Below are positions 35,601 to 53,600 of a DNA stretch of 64,000 nucleotides, piece by piece. A program made the position numbers and the translations under genes. The stretch is from the NCBI RefSeq assembly GCF_963921235.1, contig NC_086097.1:101682001-101746000 (forward strand), in the 5' to 3' direction. Source of the stretch: Mobula hypostoma (taxonomy: Eukaryota). The notes beneath the pieces were generated by a model. It had not been told where the DNA came from. It was given only the letters and a program-made list of their open reading frames with translations, and made no database searches. Numbering within the stretch: the first letter of the stretch is position 1; each line of letters starts with the position of its first letter.

Positions 35601-38600
35601 TCCTACACACACCGTATAAACACCCCATCGCCCTGGTTCTTACACACACTGTGTAAACACCCCATCACCCTGATTTCTCAGCACACTGCATAAACACCCC
35701 ATTGTTCTGATTTCTACACACTGTCTACACACCTCATCACCCTGATTCCAACACACACTGTATAAACACCCAATCACACTGATTCCTAACCACACTGCAT
35801 CAACACGACATCACCCTGATTCCTACACATACTGCATAAACACCCCATCGCCCTGATTTCTACACACACTGTATAAACACCCCCATCACCCTGATTCCGA
35901 CACACACTGTATAAACCCCAAATCACCCTGGTTCCTACACACACCGTATAAACACCCCATCGTACTGATTCCAAGAAACACCATATGAACACCCCATCAC
36001 CCTGATTCCTACACACACTGTATAAACACCCCATCATCCTGATTCCTACACACTGTATAAACACCACATCACCCTGGTTTTTACACACACTGTATAAACA
36101 CCCCATCACACAGATTTGTCAACGCACTGTATAAACACCCTATCACTCTGGTTCCTACACACTGTATCAAGACCCCAACACCCTGATACCTACACACACT
36201 TTACAAACTCCCCATCACCCTCAATCCTACACACATTGTATTAACACCCCATGACCATGATTGCTACACACTGTATAAACACCCCATTACCCTGGTTCCT
36301 ACACACTGTATAAACACACCATCACCCTCATTCCGACACACACCGTATAAACACCCATCACACTGATTGTAACAAACACCATATGAACATCCCATCACCC
36401 TGGTTCCTACACACACAGTATAAACACCTCACCACCCTGATCCCGACACAGACTAGATAAACACCCCATCACCCTGATTCCTATGTACACTGTATAAACA
36501 CACCATCACCATGATTGCTACACAATGTATAAACACCTCATCACCCTGGTTCCTACACAGACAAGATAAACACCCCATCACCCTGATTCCTACATACACT
36601 GTATAAACAGCCCAACACCCTGGTTCCTACACACACTGTATAAACACCCCATCACCCTGATTCCTACACACTGAATAAACACCCCATCACCACTATTCCT
36701 ACACACGGTATAAACACCCCATCGCCCTGGTTCCTACACACTGTATAAACACATCACCCTGATTCCTACACACACCGTATAAACACCCCATCGCCCTGGT
36801 TCTTACACACACTGTGTAAACACCCCATCACCCTGATTTCTCAGCACACTGCATAAACACCCCATTATCCTGATTTCTACACACTGTCTACACACCTCAT
36901 CACCCTGATTCCAACACACACTGTATAAACACCCCCATCACCCTGATTCCGACACACACTGTATAAACCCCAAATCACCCTGGTTCCTACACACACCGTA
37001 TAAACACCCCATCGTACTGATTCCAAGAAACACCATATGAACACCCCATCACCCTGATTCCTACATACACTGTATAAACAGCCCAACACCCTGGTTCCTA
37101 CACACACTGTATAAACACCCATCACACTGATTCCCACACACACTGTATAAACACCCCATCACCCTGATCCCGACACAGACTAGATAAACACCCCATCACC
37201 CTGATTCCTATGTACACTGTATAAACAGCCCAACACCCTGATTCCTACACACACTGTATAAACACACCATCACCATGATTGCTACACAATGTATAAACAC
37301 CTCATCACCCTGGTTCCTACACAGACTAGATAAACACCCCATCACCCTGATTCCTACATACACTGAATAAACACCCCATCACCACGATTCCTACACACTG
37401 TATAAACACCCCATCACCCTGATTCCTACACACACTGTATAAATACACCATCACTATGATTGCTACACAATGTATAAACACCTCATCACCCTGGTTCCTA
37501 CACACACCGTATAAACACCTCATCACACTGATTCAACAAACACCATATAAACATCCTATCACCATAAATCCAACACATGGTATAAACACCCCATCACCCT
37601 CAGTCCTACGCACATTGTATAAATACCCCATCACCCTGATTGCTACACACGGTATAAACACCCCATCACAATTCCGACGCACTGTTTAAACACCCCATCA
37701 CCCTGGCTCCTACACACATAGTATAAACACCCCATAACCCTGGTTCCTACACAAACTGTATATACGCCCCATCAGCCTGATGCCTACACACACTCCATAA
37801 ACACCCCATCACCCTGGTTCCTACACACAGTGTACAAACAACCCATCACCCAGATTCCTATACACACGGTATAAACACCCCATCACCCTGGTACCTACAC
37901 ATTGTATAAACACCCCATTACCCTGATTCCGACACACACTGTATAAACACCCAATCACCCTGGTTCCTACACGCACCGTATAAACACCCCATCACACTGA
38001 TTCCAACAAACACCATATGAACACCCCATCACCCTGATTCCGACACACACTGTATAAACAGCACATCACCCAGATTCCTACACACACTGTATAAACACCC
38101 CATCACCCAGACTCCTACACACACTGTATAAACACCCCATCACCCTGATTGCTACACACACTGTAAAAACACCCAACACTCTGATTCCAACACACAATGT
38201 ATAAATACCCCATCACCATGATTGCTACACACTGTATAAACACCCCATCACCCTGATTCCGACACACACTGTATAAAAAACACATCACCCTGATTCCTAC
38301 ACACAGTATAAACACTGCATCACCCTCATTCCTACACACACTGTATAAACACCCATTCACCCTGATTCCTACACACTGTACAAACACTCCATCACCCTGG
38401 TTCATACACACAACGTATCAACACCCCATCACCCTGTTTCCTACACACACTATATAAACACCCCATCGAACTGATTGCTACACATTGTATAAACACCCCA
38501 TCACGCTGATTCCTACACACACTGTATAAAAACCCCATCACCCTGGTTCCTGCACAATGTATAAACAGCCCATAACCCAGATTCCTACACACACTGTATA

Positions 38601-41600
38601 AATACCACATCACCCTGATTCCTACACACTGTGTAAACACCCCATCACCCTGATTCCGACACACACTGTATAAAAAACACATCACCCTGATTCCTACACA
38701 CAGTATAAACGCTGCATCACCATCATTCCTACACACACTGTATAAACACCCAATCACCCTGATTCCTACACACTGTACAAACACTCCATCACCCTGGTTC
38801 GTAGACACACCGTATCAACACCCCATCACCCTGTTTCCTACACACTGTGTAAACACCCCATCACACCGGTTCCTACACACACTGCAGTAACACCCAATCA
38901 CCATGATTCCTGCACACTGGATAAACACCCCATCAGCACGATTCTCACACACATGTATAAACACTCCATTGGCCTGATTGCCACACACGGTGTACAAACA
39001 CCCATCAACCAGATTCCTACACGCACGGTATAAACACCCCATCACCATGGTTCCTACACACTGTATAAACACCCCATCACCATGATTCCGACACACTGTA
39101 TAAACACCCCATCACCCTGATTCCTACACACTGTGTAAACACCCCATCACACCGGTTCCTACACACACTGCAGTAACACCCAATCACCTTGATTCCTGCA
39201 CACTGGATAAACACCCCATCACCACGATTCTCACACACACTGTATGAACACCCCATCGCCCTGGTTCTTAGGCACACTGTGAAAACACACCATCACCCTG
39301 ATTTCTCAACACACTGAGTAAACACCCTATCACCCTGGTTCCTACACACTGAATCAAGACCCCAGTACTCTGATACCTACACACACTTTAGAAACACCCC
39401 ATCACCTAGATTCTGACACACACTGTATAAAGACCCCATCAACTTTATTCCTACACACTCTATAAACACGCAATCACCGCAATTCCCACACACCCTATAA
39501 ACAACCCATCACCTTGATTCCTGTGCACTGTCTAAACACCCCATCACCCTGATTGCTACACACTGCATAAACACCCCATCACCCTGGTTCCTACACAATG
39601 TATAAACACCCCATCACCCAGATTCCTATACACACTGTATAAACACTCCATCACCCTGATTCCTACACACACTGTCTAAACACCCCATCACCCTGATTGC
39701 TACACACTCTATAAACACCCCATCATCCTGATTCCGACACACACTACATAAACACCCCATCACCCTGGTTCCTACACACACCGTATAAACACCACATCAC
39801 ACTGATTCAACAAACACCATATAAACATCCCATCACCATAATTCCTACACACGGTATAAACACCCCATCACCACGATTCTGACGCACTGTTTAAACACCC
39901 AATCACCCTGGTTCCTATACAATGTATAAACACCCCATCACCCTGGTTCCTACACAATGTATAAATACCCCATCACCCAGATTCCTATACACATGGTATA
40001 AACACTCCATCACCCTGATTCCTACACACACTGTATAAACACCCAATCACACTGATTCCTGCACACTGTGTAAACACCCCATCACACCGGTTCCAACACA
40101 CACTGCAGTAACACCCAATCACCATGATTCCTGCACATTGGATAAACACCCCATCACCACGATTCTCACACACACTGTATGAACACCCCATCGCCCTGGT
40201 TCTTAGGCACACTGTGAAAACACACCATCACCCTGATTTCTCAACACACTGAATAAACACCCTATCATCCTGGTTCCTACACACTGAATCAAGACCCCAA
40301 TACCCTGATACCAACACACACTTTAGAAACACCCCATCACCAAGATTCCTTCACCCACTGTATAAAGACCCCATCAACTTCATTCCTACACACTGTATAA
40401 ACACCCCATCATCCTGATTCCGACACACATTGCATAAACACCCCATCACCCTGGTTCCTACACACACCGTATAAACACCTCATCACACTGATTCAACAAA
40501 CACCATATAAACATCCTATCACCATAAATCCAACACATGGTATAAACACCCCATCACCCTCAGTCCTACGCACATTGTATAAATACCCCATCACCCTGAT
40601 TGCTACACACGGTATAAACACCCCATCACAATTCCGACGCACTGTTTAAACACCCCATCACCCTGGCTCCTACACACACTGTATAAACACCCCATAACCC
40701 TGGTTCCTACACAAACTGTATATACGCCCCATCAGCCTGATGCCTACACACACTCCATAAACACCCCATCACCCTGGTTCCTACACACAGTGTACAAACA
40801 ACCCATCACCCAGATTCCTATACACACGGTATAAACACCCCATCACCCTGGTACCTACACATTGTATAAACACCCCATTACCCTGATTCCGACACACACT
40901 GTATAAACACCCAATCACCCTGGTTCCTACACGCACCGTATAAACACCCCATCACACTGATTCCAACAAACACCATATGAACACCCCATCACCCTGATTC
41001 CGACACACACTGTATAAACAGCACATCACCCAGATTCCTACACACACTGTATAAACACCCCATCACCCAGACTCCTACACACACTGTATAAACACCCCAT
41101 CACCCTGATTGCTACACACACTGTAAAAACACCCAACACTCTGATTCCAACACACAATGTATAAATACCCCATCACCATGATTGCTACACACTGTATAAA
41201 CACCCCATCACCCTGATTCCGACACACACTGTATAAAAAACACATCACCCTGATTCCTACACACAGTATAAACACTGCATCACCCTCATTCCTACACACA
41301 CTGTATAAACACCCATTCACCCTGATTCCTACACACTGTACAAACACTCCATCACCCTGGTTCATACACACAACGTATCAACACCCCATCACCCTGTTTC
41401 CTACACACACTATATAAACACCCCATCGAACTGATTGCTACACATTGTATAAACACCCCATCACGCTGATTCCTACACACACTGTATAAAAACCCCATCA
41501 CCCTGGTTCCTGCACAATGTATAAACAGCCCATAACCCAGATTCCTACACACACTGTATAAATACCACATCACCCTGATTCCTACACACTGTGTAAACAC

Positions 41601-44600
41601 CCCATCACCCTGATTCCGACACACACTGTATAAAAAACACATCACCCTGATTCCTACACACAGTATAAACGCTGCATCACCATCATTCCTACACACACTG
41701 TATAAACACCCAATCACCCTGATTCCTACACACTGTACAAACACTCCATCACCCTGGTTCTTAGACACACCGTATCAACACCCCATCACCCTGTTTCCTA
41801 CACACTGTGTAAACACCCCATCACACCGGTTCCTACACACACTGCAGTAACACCCAATCACCATGATTCCTGCACACTGGATAAACACCCCATCAGCACG
41901 ATTCTCACACACATATATAAACACTCCATTGGCCTGATTGCCACACACGGTGTACAAACACCCATCACCCAGATTCCTACACGCACGGTATAAACACCCC
42001 ATCACCCTGGTTCCTACACACTGTATAAACACCCCATCACCATGATTCCGACACACTGTATAAATACCCCATCACCCTGATTCCGACACACACTGTATAA
42101 ACACCCCATCACCCTGATTCCGACACACGCTGTATAAAAAACACATCACCCTGATTCCTACACACAGTATAAACACTGCATCACCCTCATTCCTACACAC
42201 ACTGTATAAACACCCAATCACCCTGATTCCTACACACTGTGTAAACACCCCATCACACCGGTTCCTACACACACTGCAGTAACACCCAATCACCATGATT
42301 CCTGCACACTGGATAAACACCCCATCACCACGATTCTCACACACACTGTATGAACACCCCATCGCCCTGGTTCTTAGGCACACTGTGAAAACACACCATC
42401 ACCCTGATTTCTCAACACACTGAGTAAACACCCTATCACCCTGGTTCCTACACACTGAATCAAGACCCCAATACTCTGATACCTACACACACTTTAGAAA
42501 CACCCCATCACCTAGATTCTGACACACACTGTATAAAGACCCCATCAACTTTATTCCTACACACTCTATAAACACGCAATCACTGCAATTCCCACACACC
42601 CTATAAACAACCCATCACCTTGATTCCTGTGCACTGTCTAAACACCCCATCACCCTGATTGCTACACACTGCATAAACACCCCATCACCCTGGTTCCTAC
42701 ACAATGTATAAACACCCCATCACCCTGATTCCTATACACACTGTCTAAACACCCCATCACCCTGATTGCTACACACTCTATAAACACCCCATCATCCTGA
42801 TTCCGACACACACTGCATAAACACCCCATCACCCTGGTTCCTACACACACCGTATAAACACCACATCACACTGATTCAACAAACACCATATAAACATCCC
42901 ATCACCATAATTCCTACACACGGTATAAACACCCCATCACCACGATTCTGACGCACTGTTTAAACACCCAATCACCCTAGTTCCTACACAATGTATAAAC
43001 ACCCCATCACCCTGGTTCCTACACAATGTATAAACACCCCATCACCCAGATTCCTATACACATGGTATAAACACTCCATCACCCTGATTCCTACACACAC
43101 TGTATAAACACCCAATCACCCTGATTCCTACAAACACTGTATAAACACCCGATCACCCTGATTCCTACACACTGTGTAAACACCCCATCACACTGATTCC
43201 AACACACACTGTATAAACACCCCATCACCCTGATTCCTGCACACTGTGTAAACACCCCATAACACTGATTCCAACACACACTGTATAAACACCCCATCAC
43301 CCTGATTCTTACATACTGTATAAATCCACGATCACCCTGGTTCCTACACACAGTGTACAAACAACCCATCACCCAGATTCCTATACACACGGTATAAACA
43401 CCCCATCACCCTGGTACCTACACACTGTATAAACACCCCATCACCCTGATTCCGACACACACTGTATAAACACCCAATCACCCTGGTTCCTACACGCACC
43501 GTATAAACACCCCATCACACTGATTCCAACAAACACCATATGAACACCCCATCACCCTGATTCCGACACACACTGTATAAACAGCACATCACCCAGATTC
43601 CTACACACACTGTATAAACACCCCATCACCCAGACTCCTACACACACTGTATAAACACCCCATCACCCTGATTGCAACACACACTGTAAAAACACCCAAC
43701 ACTCTGATTCCAACACACAATGTATAAATACCCCATCACCATGATTGCTACACACTGTATAAACACCCCATCACCCTGATTCCGACACACACTGTATAAA
43801 AAACACATCACCCTGATTCCTACACACAGTATAAACACTGCATCACCCTCATTCCTACACACACTGTATAAACACCCATTCACCCTGATTCCTACACACT
43901 GTACAAACACTCCATCACCCTGGTTCATACACACAACGTATCAACACCCCATCACCCTGTTTCCTACACACACTATATAAACACCCCATCGAACTGATTG
44001 CTACACATTGTATAAACACCCCATCACGCTGATTCCTACACACACTGTATAAAAACCCCATCACCCTGGTTCCTGCACAATGTATAAACAGCCCATAACC
44101 CAGATTCCTACACACACTGTATAAATACCACATCACCCTGATTCCTACACACTGTGTAAACACCCCATCACCCTGATTCCGACACACACTGTATAAAAAA
44201 CACATCACCCTGATTCCTACACACAGTATAAACGCTGCATCACCATCATTCCTACACACACTGTATAAACACCCAATCACCCTGATTCCTACACACTGTA
44301 CAAACACTCCATCACCCTGGTTCGTAGACACACCGTATCAACACCCCATCACCCTGTTTCCTACACACTGTGTAAACACCCCATCACACCGGTTCCTACA
44401 CACACTGCAGTAACACCCAATCACCATGATTCCTGCACACTGGATAAACACCCCATCAGCACGATTCTCACACACATATATAAACACTCCATTGGCCTGA
44501 TTGCCACACACGGTGTACAAACACCCATCACCCAGATTCCTACACGCACGGTATAAACACCCCATCACCCTGGTTCCTACACACTGTATAAACACCCCAT

Positions 44601-47600
44601 CACCATGATTCCGACACACTGTATAAATACCCCATCACCCTGATTCCGACACACACTGTAAAAACACCCCATCACCCTGATTCCGACACACACTGTATAA
44701 AAAACACATCACCCTGATTCCTACACACAGTATAAACACTGCATCACCCTCATTCCTACACACACTGTATAAACACCCAATCACCCTGATTCCTACACAC
44801 TGTGTAAACACCCCATCACACCGGTTCCTACACACACTGCAGTAACACCCAATCACCATGATTCCTGCACACTGGATAAACACCCCATCACCACGATTCT
44901 CACACACACTGTATGAACACCCCATCGCCCTGGTTCTTAGGCACACTGTGAAAACACACCATCACCCTGATTTCTCAACACACTGAGTAAACACCCTATC
45001 ACCCTGGTTCCTACACACTGAATCAAGACCCCAATACTCTGATACCTACACACACTTTAGAAACACCCCATCACCTAGATTCTGACACACACTGTATAAA
45101 GACCCCATCAACTTTATTCCTACACACTCTATAAACACGCAATCACTGCAATTCCCACACACCCTATAAACAACCCATCACCTTGATTCCTGTGCACTGT
45201 CTAAACACCCCATCACCCTGATTGCTACACACTGCATAAACACCCCATCACCCTGGTTCCTACACAATGTATAAACACCCCATCACCCTGATTCCTATAC
45301 ACACTGTCTAAACACCCCATCACCCTGATTGCTACACACTCTATAAACACCCCATCATCCTGATTCCGACACACACTGCATAAACACCCCATCACCCTGG
45401 TTCCTACACACACCGTATAAACACCACATCACACAGATTCAACAAACACCATATAAACATCCCATCACCATAATTCCTACACACGGTATAAACACCCCAT
45501 CACCACGATTCTGACGCACTGTTTAAACACCCAATCACCCTAGTTCCTACACAATGTATAAACACCCCATCACCCTGGTTCCTACACAATGTATAAACAC
45601 CCCATCACCCAGATTCCTATACACATGGTATAAACACTCCATCACCCTGATTCCTACACACACTGTATAAACACCCAATCACCCTGATTCCTACAAACAC
45701 TGTATAAACACCCGATCACCCTGATTCCTACACACTGTGTAAACACCCCATCACACTGATTCCAACACACACTGTATAAACACCCCATCACCCTGATTCC
45801 TGCACACTGTGTAAACACCCCATAACACTGATTCCAACACACACTGTATAAACACCCCATCACCCTGATTCTTACATACTGTATAAATCCACGATCACCC
45901 TGGTTCCTACACCAACTGTACAAACATCCCAGCATTCGGATTCCAACATACTGTATAAATACCCAAACACCCTGATTCCTGAACACTGTATAAACATCCC
46001 GTCACCCTGGTTCCTACACACTGTATAAACACCCCATCACCCAGATTCCTAACCACAATGTATAAACGCCCCATCACCCCGATTCCTACAAACTCTGTAT
46101 AAACACCCGATCACCCTGTTTCCTACACACACCGTATAAACACCCAATCACCCTGTTTACTACACACGCTGTGGAAACACCCCATCATACTGATTCTACA
46201 AACACCATATAAAAACCCCATTACCCTGATTCCTACACACACTGTATAAACACCCCATCTCCCTGTTTCCAACACACTGTGTAAACACCCCATCACCCTG
46301 ATTCTTACGTACTGTATAAATCCACGATCACCCTGGTTTCTACACACACTGTACAAACATCCCAGCATCCAGATTCCAACCTACTGCAGAAATACCCAAA
46401 CACCCTGATTCCGGCACACTGTATAAACATCCCCTCACACTGGTTCCTACACACTGTTTAAGCACCCATCACCCTGGTTCCTACACACTGTACAAACACC
46501 CCATCACCCTGATTCCGACACATTGTATAAACACCCCATCGCCCTGGTTCTTACACACACTGTATAAAGATCCCATCAGCTTGGTTCCTACACACACTAT
46601 ATAAACACCCCATCACCTTTATTCCTGCACACTCTAAAAGACCCCATCCCCCTAATTCCTACACAGACTGTATATAAAAAGCCCATCACCCTGATTCCTA
46701 CACAGTGTAAACACCCCATCACCCTGATTCCTACACACACTGTATAAACACCCCAACACCCTGATTCCTACATACACTGTATAAACAGCCCAACACCCTG
46801 GTCCCTACACACACTGTATAAACACCCCATCACCCTGATTCCTACACACTGAATAAACACCCCATCACCACGATTCCTACACACGGTATAAACACCCCAT
46901 CACCCTGGTTCCTACACACTGTATAAACACCACATCACCCTGATTCCTACACACACTGTATAAACACCCCATCGCCCTGGTTCATACACACACTGTGTAA
47001 ACACCCTATCACCCTGATTTCTCAACGCACTGTATAAACACCCTATCACCCTGGTTCCTACACACTGAATCAAGACCCCAACACCCTGATACCTACACAC
47101 ACTTTACAAACACCCCATCACCATCGATCCTACACACATTGTATAAACACCCCATGACCATGATTGCTACACACTGTATAAACACCCCATTACCCTGATT
47201 CCTACACACACTGTAAAAACAACCCATCACCCTGGTTTCTACACAAACTGTATATATGCCCCATCAGCCTGATGCCTACACACACTCTATAAACACCACA
47301 TCACACTGGTTCCTGTACACGGTGTACAAACAAACCATCACCCAGATTCCTACACACACGGTATAAACAACCCATCACCCTGGTTTCTACACACTGTATA
47401 AACACCCCAACACGCTGATTCCTACACACACTGTATAAACACCCTATCACCCTGATTCCGGCACACACTGTATAAACGCCCGATCACCCTGTTTCCTACA
47501 CGCACCGTATAAACACCCCATCACACTGATTCCAACAAACACCATATGAACACCCCATCACCCTGATTCCTAGATACACTGTATAAACAGCCCAACACCC

Positions 47601-50600
47601 TGGGTCCTACACACACTGTATAAACACCCATCACCCTGGATCATACACACACTGTATAAACACACCATCGCCCTCGTTCCTACACACTGTATAAACACCA
47701 CATCACCCTGATTCCTACACACACTGTATAAACACCCCATCGCCCTGGTTCCTACACACTGTATAAACACCCCAACACGCTGATTCCTACACACACTGTA
47801 TAAACACCCTATCACCCTGATTCCGACACACACTGTATAAACGCCCGATCACCCTGTTTCCTACACGCACCGTATAAACACCCCATCACACTGATTCCAA
47901 CAAACACCATATGAACACCCCATCACCCTGATTCCTACATACACTGTATAAACACCCCATCACCATGATTCCGACACACTGTATAAACACCCCATCACCC
48001 TGATTCCGACACACACTGTATAAACACCCCATCGCCCTGATTCCGACACACACTGTATAAACAACACATCACCCTGATTCCTACACACAGTATAAACACC
48101 CATCACCCTCATTCCTACACACACAGTATTAACACCCAATCACCCTGATTCCTACACACTGTACAAACACCTCATCACCCTGGTTCCTACACACACCGTA
48201 TCAACACCCCATCACCCTGATTCCTACACACTGTGTAAACACCCCATCACCCTGGTTCCTACACACACTGCAGTAACACCCAATCACCATGACTCCTGCA
48301 CCTGGATAAACACCCCATCACCCTGATTCCGACACAGACTATATAAACACCCCATCACCCTGATTCCTACAAGCACTGTATAAACAGCCAAACACCCTGG
48401 TTCCTACACACACTGTATAAACACCCCATCACCCTGATCCCGACACAGACTAGATAAACACCCCATCACCCTGATTCCTACATACACTGTATAAACAGCC
48501 CAACACCCTGGCTCCTACACACACTGTATAAACACCCCATCGCCCTGGTTCTTACACACACTGTGTAAACACCCTATCACCCTGATTTCTCAGCACACTG
48601 TATAAACACCCTATCACCCTGGTTCCAACACACTGTATGAAGACCCCAACACCCTGATACCGACACACACTTTACAAACACCCCATCACCATCGATCCTA
48701 CACACATTGTATAAACACCCCATGACCATGATTGCTACACACTGTATAAACACCCCATTACCCTGGTTCCTACACACTGTATAAACACCCCATCACCCTG
48801 ATTCCTACACACACTGTATAAACACCCCATCACCCTGATTCCGACACAAACTGTATAAACGCCCGATCACCCGGTTCCTACACGCACCGTATAAACACCA
48901 CATCACATTGATACCAACGAACACCATATAAACACCCCATCACCCTGATTCCTACACACTGTATAAACAGCCCAACACCCTGGTTCCTACACAGACCGGA
49001 TAAACACCCCATCACCCTGATTCCTAACCACACTGCATCAACACGACATCACCCTGATTCCTACACATACTGTATAAACACCCCATCACCCTGATTCCTA
49101 CACACACTGTATAAACACACCATCACCATGATTGCTACACAATGAATAAACACCTCATCACCCTGGTTCCTACACACACCGTATAAACACCCCATCGTAC
49201 TGATTCCAAGAAACACCATATGAACACCCCATCACCCTGATTCCTACACACACTGTATAAACACCCCATCACCCTGATTCCTACACACTGTGTAAACACC
49301 CCATCATCCTGATTCATACACACTGTATAAACACCACATCACCCTGGTTTTTATACACACTGTATAAACACCCCATCACACAGATTTCTCAACTCACTGT
49401 ATAAACACCCTATCACTCTGGTGCCTACACACTGTATAAGACCCCAACACCCTGATACCTACACACACTTTACAAACTCCCCATCACCCTCAATCCTACA
49501 CACATTGTATTAACACCCCATGACCATGATTGCTACACACTGTATAAACACCCCATTACCCTGGATCCTACACACTGTATAAACACCCCATCACCCTCAT
49601 TCCGACACACACTGTATAAACACCCCATCACACTGATTGCAACAAACACCATATGAACATCCCATCACCCTGATTCCTACACACACTGTATAAACACCCC
49701 ATCACCCTGATTCCTACACACACCGTATAAACACCCCATCGCCCTGGTTCTTACACACACTGTGTAAACACCCCATCACCCTGATTTCTCAGCACACTGC
49801 ATAAACACCCCATTATCCTGATTTCTACACACTGTCTACACACCTCATCACCCTGATTCCAACACACACTGTATAAACACCCAATCACACTGATTCCTAA
49901 CCACACTGCATCAACACGACATCACCCTGATTCCTACACATACTGCATAAACACCCCATCGCCCTGATTTCTACACACACTGTATAAACACCCCCATCAC
50001 CCTGATTCCGACACACACTGTATAAACCCCAAATCACCCTGGTTCCTACACACACCGTATAAACACCCCATCGTACTGATTCCAAGAAACACCATATGAA
50101 CACCCCATCACCCTGATTCCTACACACACTGTATAAACACCCCATCATCCTGATTCCTACACACTGTATAAACACCACATCACCCTGGTTTTTACACACA
50201 CTGTATAAACACCCCATCACACAGATTTGTCAACGCACTGTATAAACACCCTATCACTCTGGTTCCTACACACTGTATCAAGACCCCAACACCCTGATAC
50301 CTACACACACTTTACAAACTCCCCATCACCCTCAATCCTACACACATTGTATTAACACCCCATGACCATGATTGCTACACACTGTATAAACACCCCATTA
50401 CCCTGGTTCCTACACACTGTATAAACACACCATCACCCTCATTCCGACACACACCGTATAAACACCCATCACACTGATTGTAACAAACACCATATGAACA
50501 TCCCATCACCCTGGTTCCTACACACACAGTATAAACACCCCATCACCCTGATCCCGACACAGACTAGATAAACACCCCATCACCCTGATTCCTATGTACA

Positions 50601-53600
50601 CTGTATAAACACACCATCACCATGATTGCTACACAATGTATAAACACCTCATCACCCTGGTTCCTACACAGACAAGATAAACACCCCATCACCCTGATTC
50701 CTACATACACTGTATAAACAGCCCAACACCCTGGTTCCTACACACACTGTAAAAACACCCCATCACCCTGATCCCGACACAGACTAGATAAACACCCCAT
50801 CACCCTGATTCCTACATACACTGTATAAACAGCCCAACACCCTGGTTCCTACACACACTGAATAAACACCCCATCATCCTGATTCCTACACACTGAATAA
50901 ACACCCCATTACCACGATTCCTACACACGGTATAAACACCCCATCACCCTGGTTCCTACACACTGTATAAACACCACATCATCCTGATTCCTACACACAC
51001 TGTATAAACACCCCATCACCCTGATTCCTACACACTGAATAAACACCCCATCACCCTGATTCCTACACACACTGTATAAATACACCATCACTATGATTGC
51101 TACACAATGTATAAACACCTCATCACCCTGGTTCCTACACAGACAAGATAAACACCCCATCACCCTGATTCCTACATACACTGTATAAACAGCCCAACAC
51201 CCTGGTTCCTACACACTGAATAAACACCCCATCACCCTGATTCCTACACACACTGTATAAACAGACCAACACCATGGTTCCTACACACACTGTATAAACA
51301 GCCCAACACCCTGGTTCCTACACACACTGTATAAACAGCCCAACACCCTGGTTCCTACACACACTGTATAAACAGCCCAACACCCTGGTTCCTACACACA
51401 CTGAATAAACACCCCATCACCACGATTCCTGCACACGGTATAAACACCTCATCACCCTCGTTCCTACATACTGTATAAACACCACATCACCCTGATTCCT
51501 ACACACACTGTGTAAACAACACATCACCCTGATTCCTACACACTGTACAAACACCTCATCACCCTGGTTCCTACACACACCGTATCAACGCCCCATCACC
51601 CTGATTCCTACACACTGTGTAAACACCCAATCACCCCGGTTCCTACACATGCTGCATTAACACCCAATCACCATGATTCCTGCACACTGGATAAACACCC
51701 CATCACCCTGGTTCCTACACAGACTAGATAAACACCCCATCACCCTGATTCCTACATACACTGTATAAACAGTCCAACACCCTGGTTCCTACACACACTG
51801 TATAAACACACCATCACCATGAATGCGACACAATGTATAAACACCTCATCACCCTGGTTCCTACACAGACTAGATAAACACCCCATCACCCTGATTCCTA
51901 TGTACACTGTATAAACAGCCCAACACCCTGGTTCCTACACACTGAATAAACACCCCATCACCACGAGTCCTACACACGGTATAAACACCCCATCGCCCTC
52001 GTTCCTACACACTGTATAAACACCCCATCACCCTGATTCCAACACACTGAATAAACACCCCATCACCACGATTCCTACACACGGTATAAACACCCCATCA
52101 CCCTCGTTCCTACACACTGTATAAACACCACATCACCCTGATTCCTACACACACTGTATAAACACCCCATCGCCCTGGTTCCTACACACACTGTGTAAAC
52201 ACCCTATTCACCCTGATTTCTCAGCACACTGTATAAACACCCTATCACCCTGATTCCGACAGATACTGTATAAACACCCTATCAAACTGATTCCTACACA
52301 CACTGTATAAACACTCCATCACCCTCATTCCTACACAAACAGTATAAACACCCAATCACCCTGATTCCTACACACTGCACAAACGCCCCATCACCATGAT
52401 TCCTACACACTGTATAAACACCCCATCACCCTGATTCCGACACACACTGTATAAACAACACATCACCCTGATTTCTACACACAGTATAAACACCCATCAC
52501 CCTCATTCCTACACACACAGTATTAACACCCAATCACCCTGATTCCTACACACTGTACAAACACCTCATCACCCTGGTTCCTACACATACCGTATCAACA
52601 CCCCATCACCCTGATTCCTACACACTGTGTAAACACCCCATCACCCCGGTTCCTACACACGCTGCATTAACACCCAATCACCATGATTCTTGCACAGACT
52701 ATAGAAACACCCCATCACCCTGATTCCTACAAACACTGTATAAACACCCCATCACCCTGATCCCGACACAGACTAGATAAACACCCCATCACCCTGATTC
52801 CTACACACACTGTATAAACACACCATCACCATGATTGCTACACAATGTATAAACACCTCATCACCCTGGTTCCTACACAGACTAGATAAACACCCCATCA
52901 CCCTGATTCCTACATACACTGAATAAACACCCCATCACCACGATTCCTACACACTGTATAAACACCCCATCACCCTGATTCCTACACACACTGTATAAAT
53001 ACACCATCACTATGATTGCTACACAATGTATAAACACCTCATCACCCTGGTTCCTACACAGACTAGATAAACACCCCATCATCCTGATTCCTACATACAC
53101 TGTATAAACAGCCCAACACCCTGGTTCCTACATACTGAATAAACACCCCATCACCACGATTCCTACACACGGTATAAACACCCCATCGCCCTCGTTCCTA
53201 CACACTGTATAAACACCACATCACCCTGATTCCTACACACACTGTATAAACACCCCATCGCCCTGGTTCCTACACACACTGTGTAAACACCCTATTACCC
53301 TGATTTCTCAGCACACTGTATAAACACCCCATCACCCTGATTCCGACACACACTGTGTAAACAACACATCACCCTGATTCCTACACACTGTACAAACACC
53401 TCATCACCCTGGTTCCTACACACACTGTATAAACACCCCATCACCCTGATTCCTACACACACTGTATAAACACACCATCACCATGATTGCTACACAATGT
53501 ATAAACACCTCATCACCCTGGTTCCTACACAGACTAGATAAACACCCCATCACCCTGATTCCTACATACACTGTATAAACAGCCCAACACCCTGGTTCCT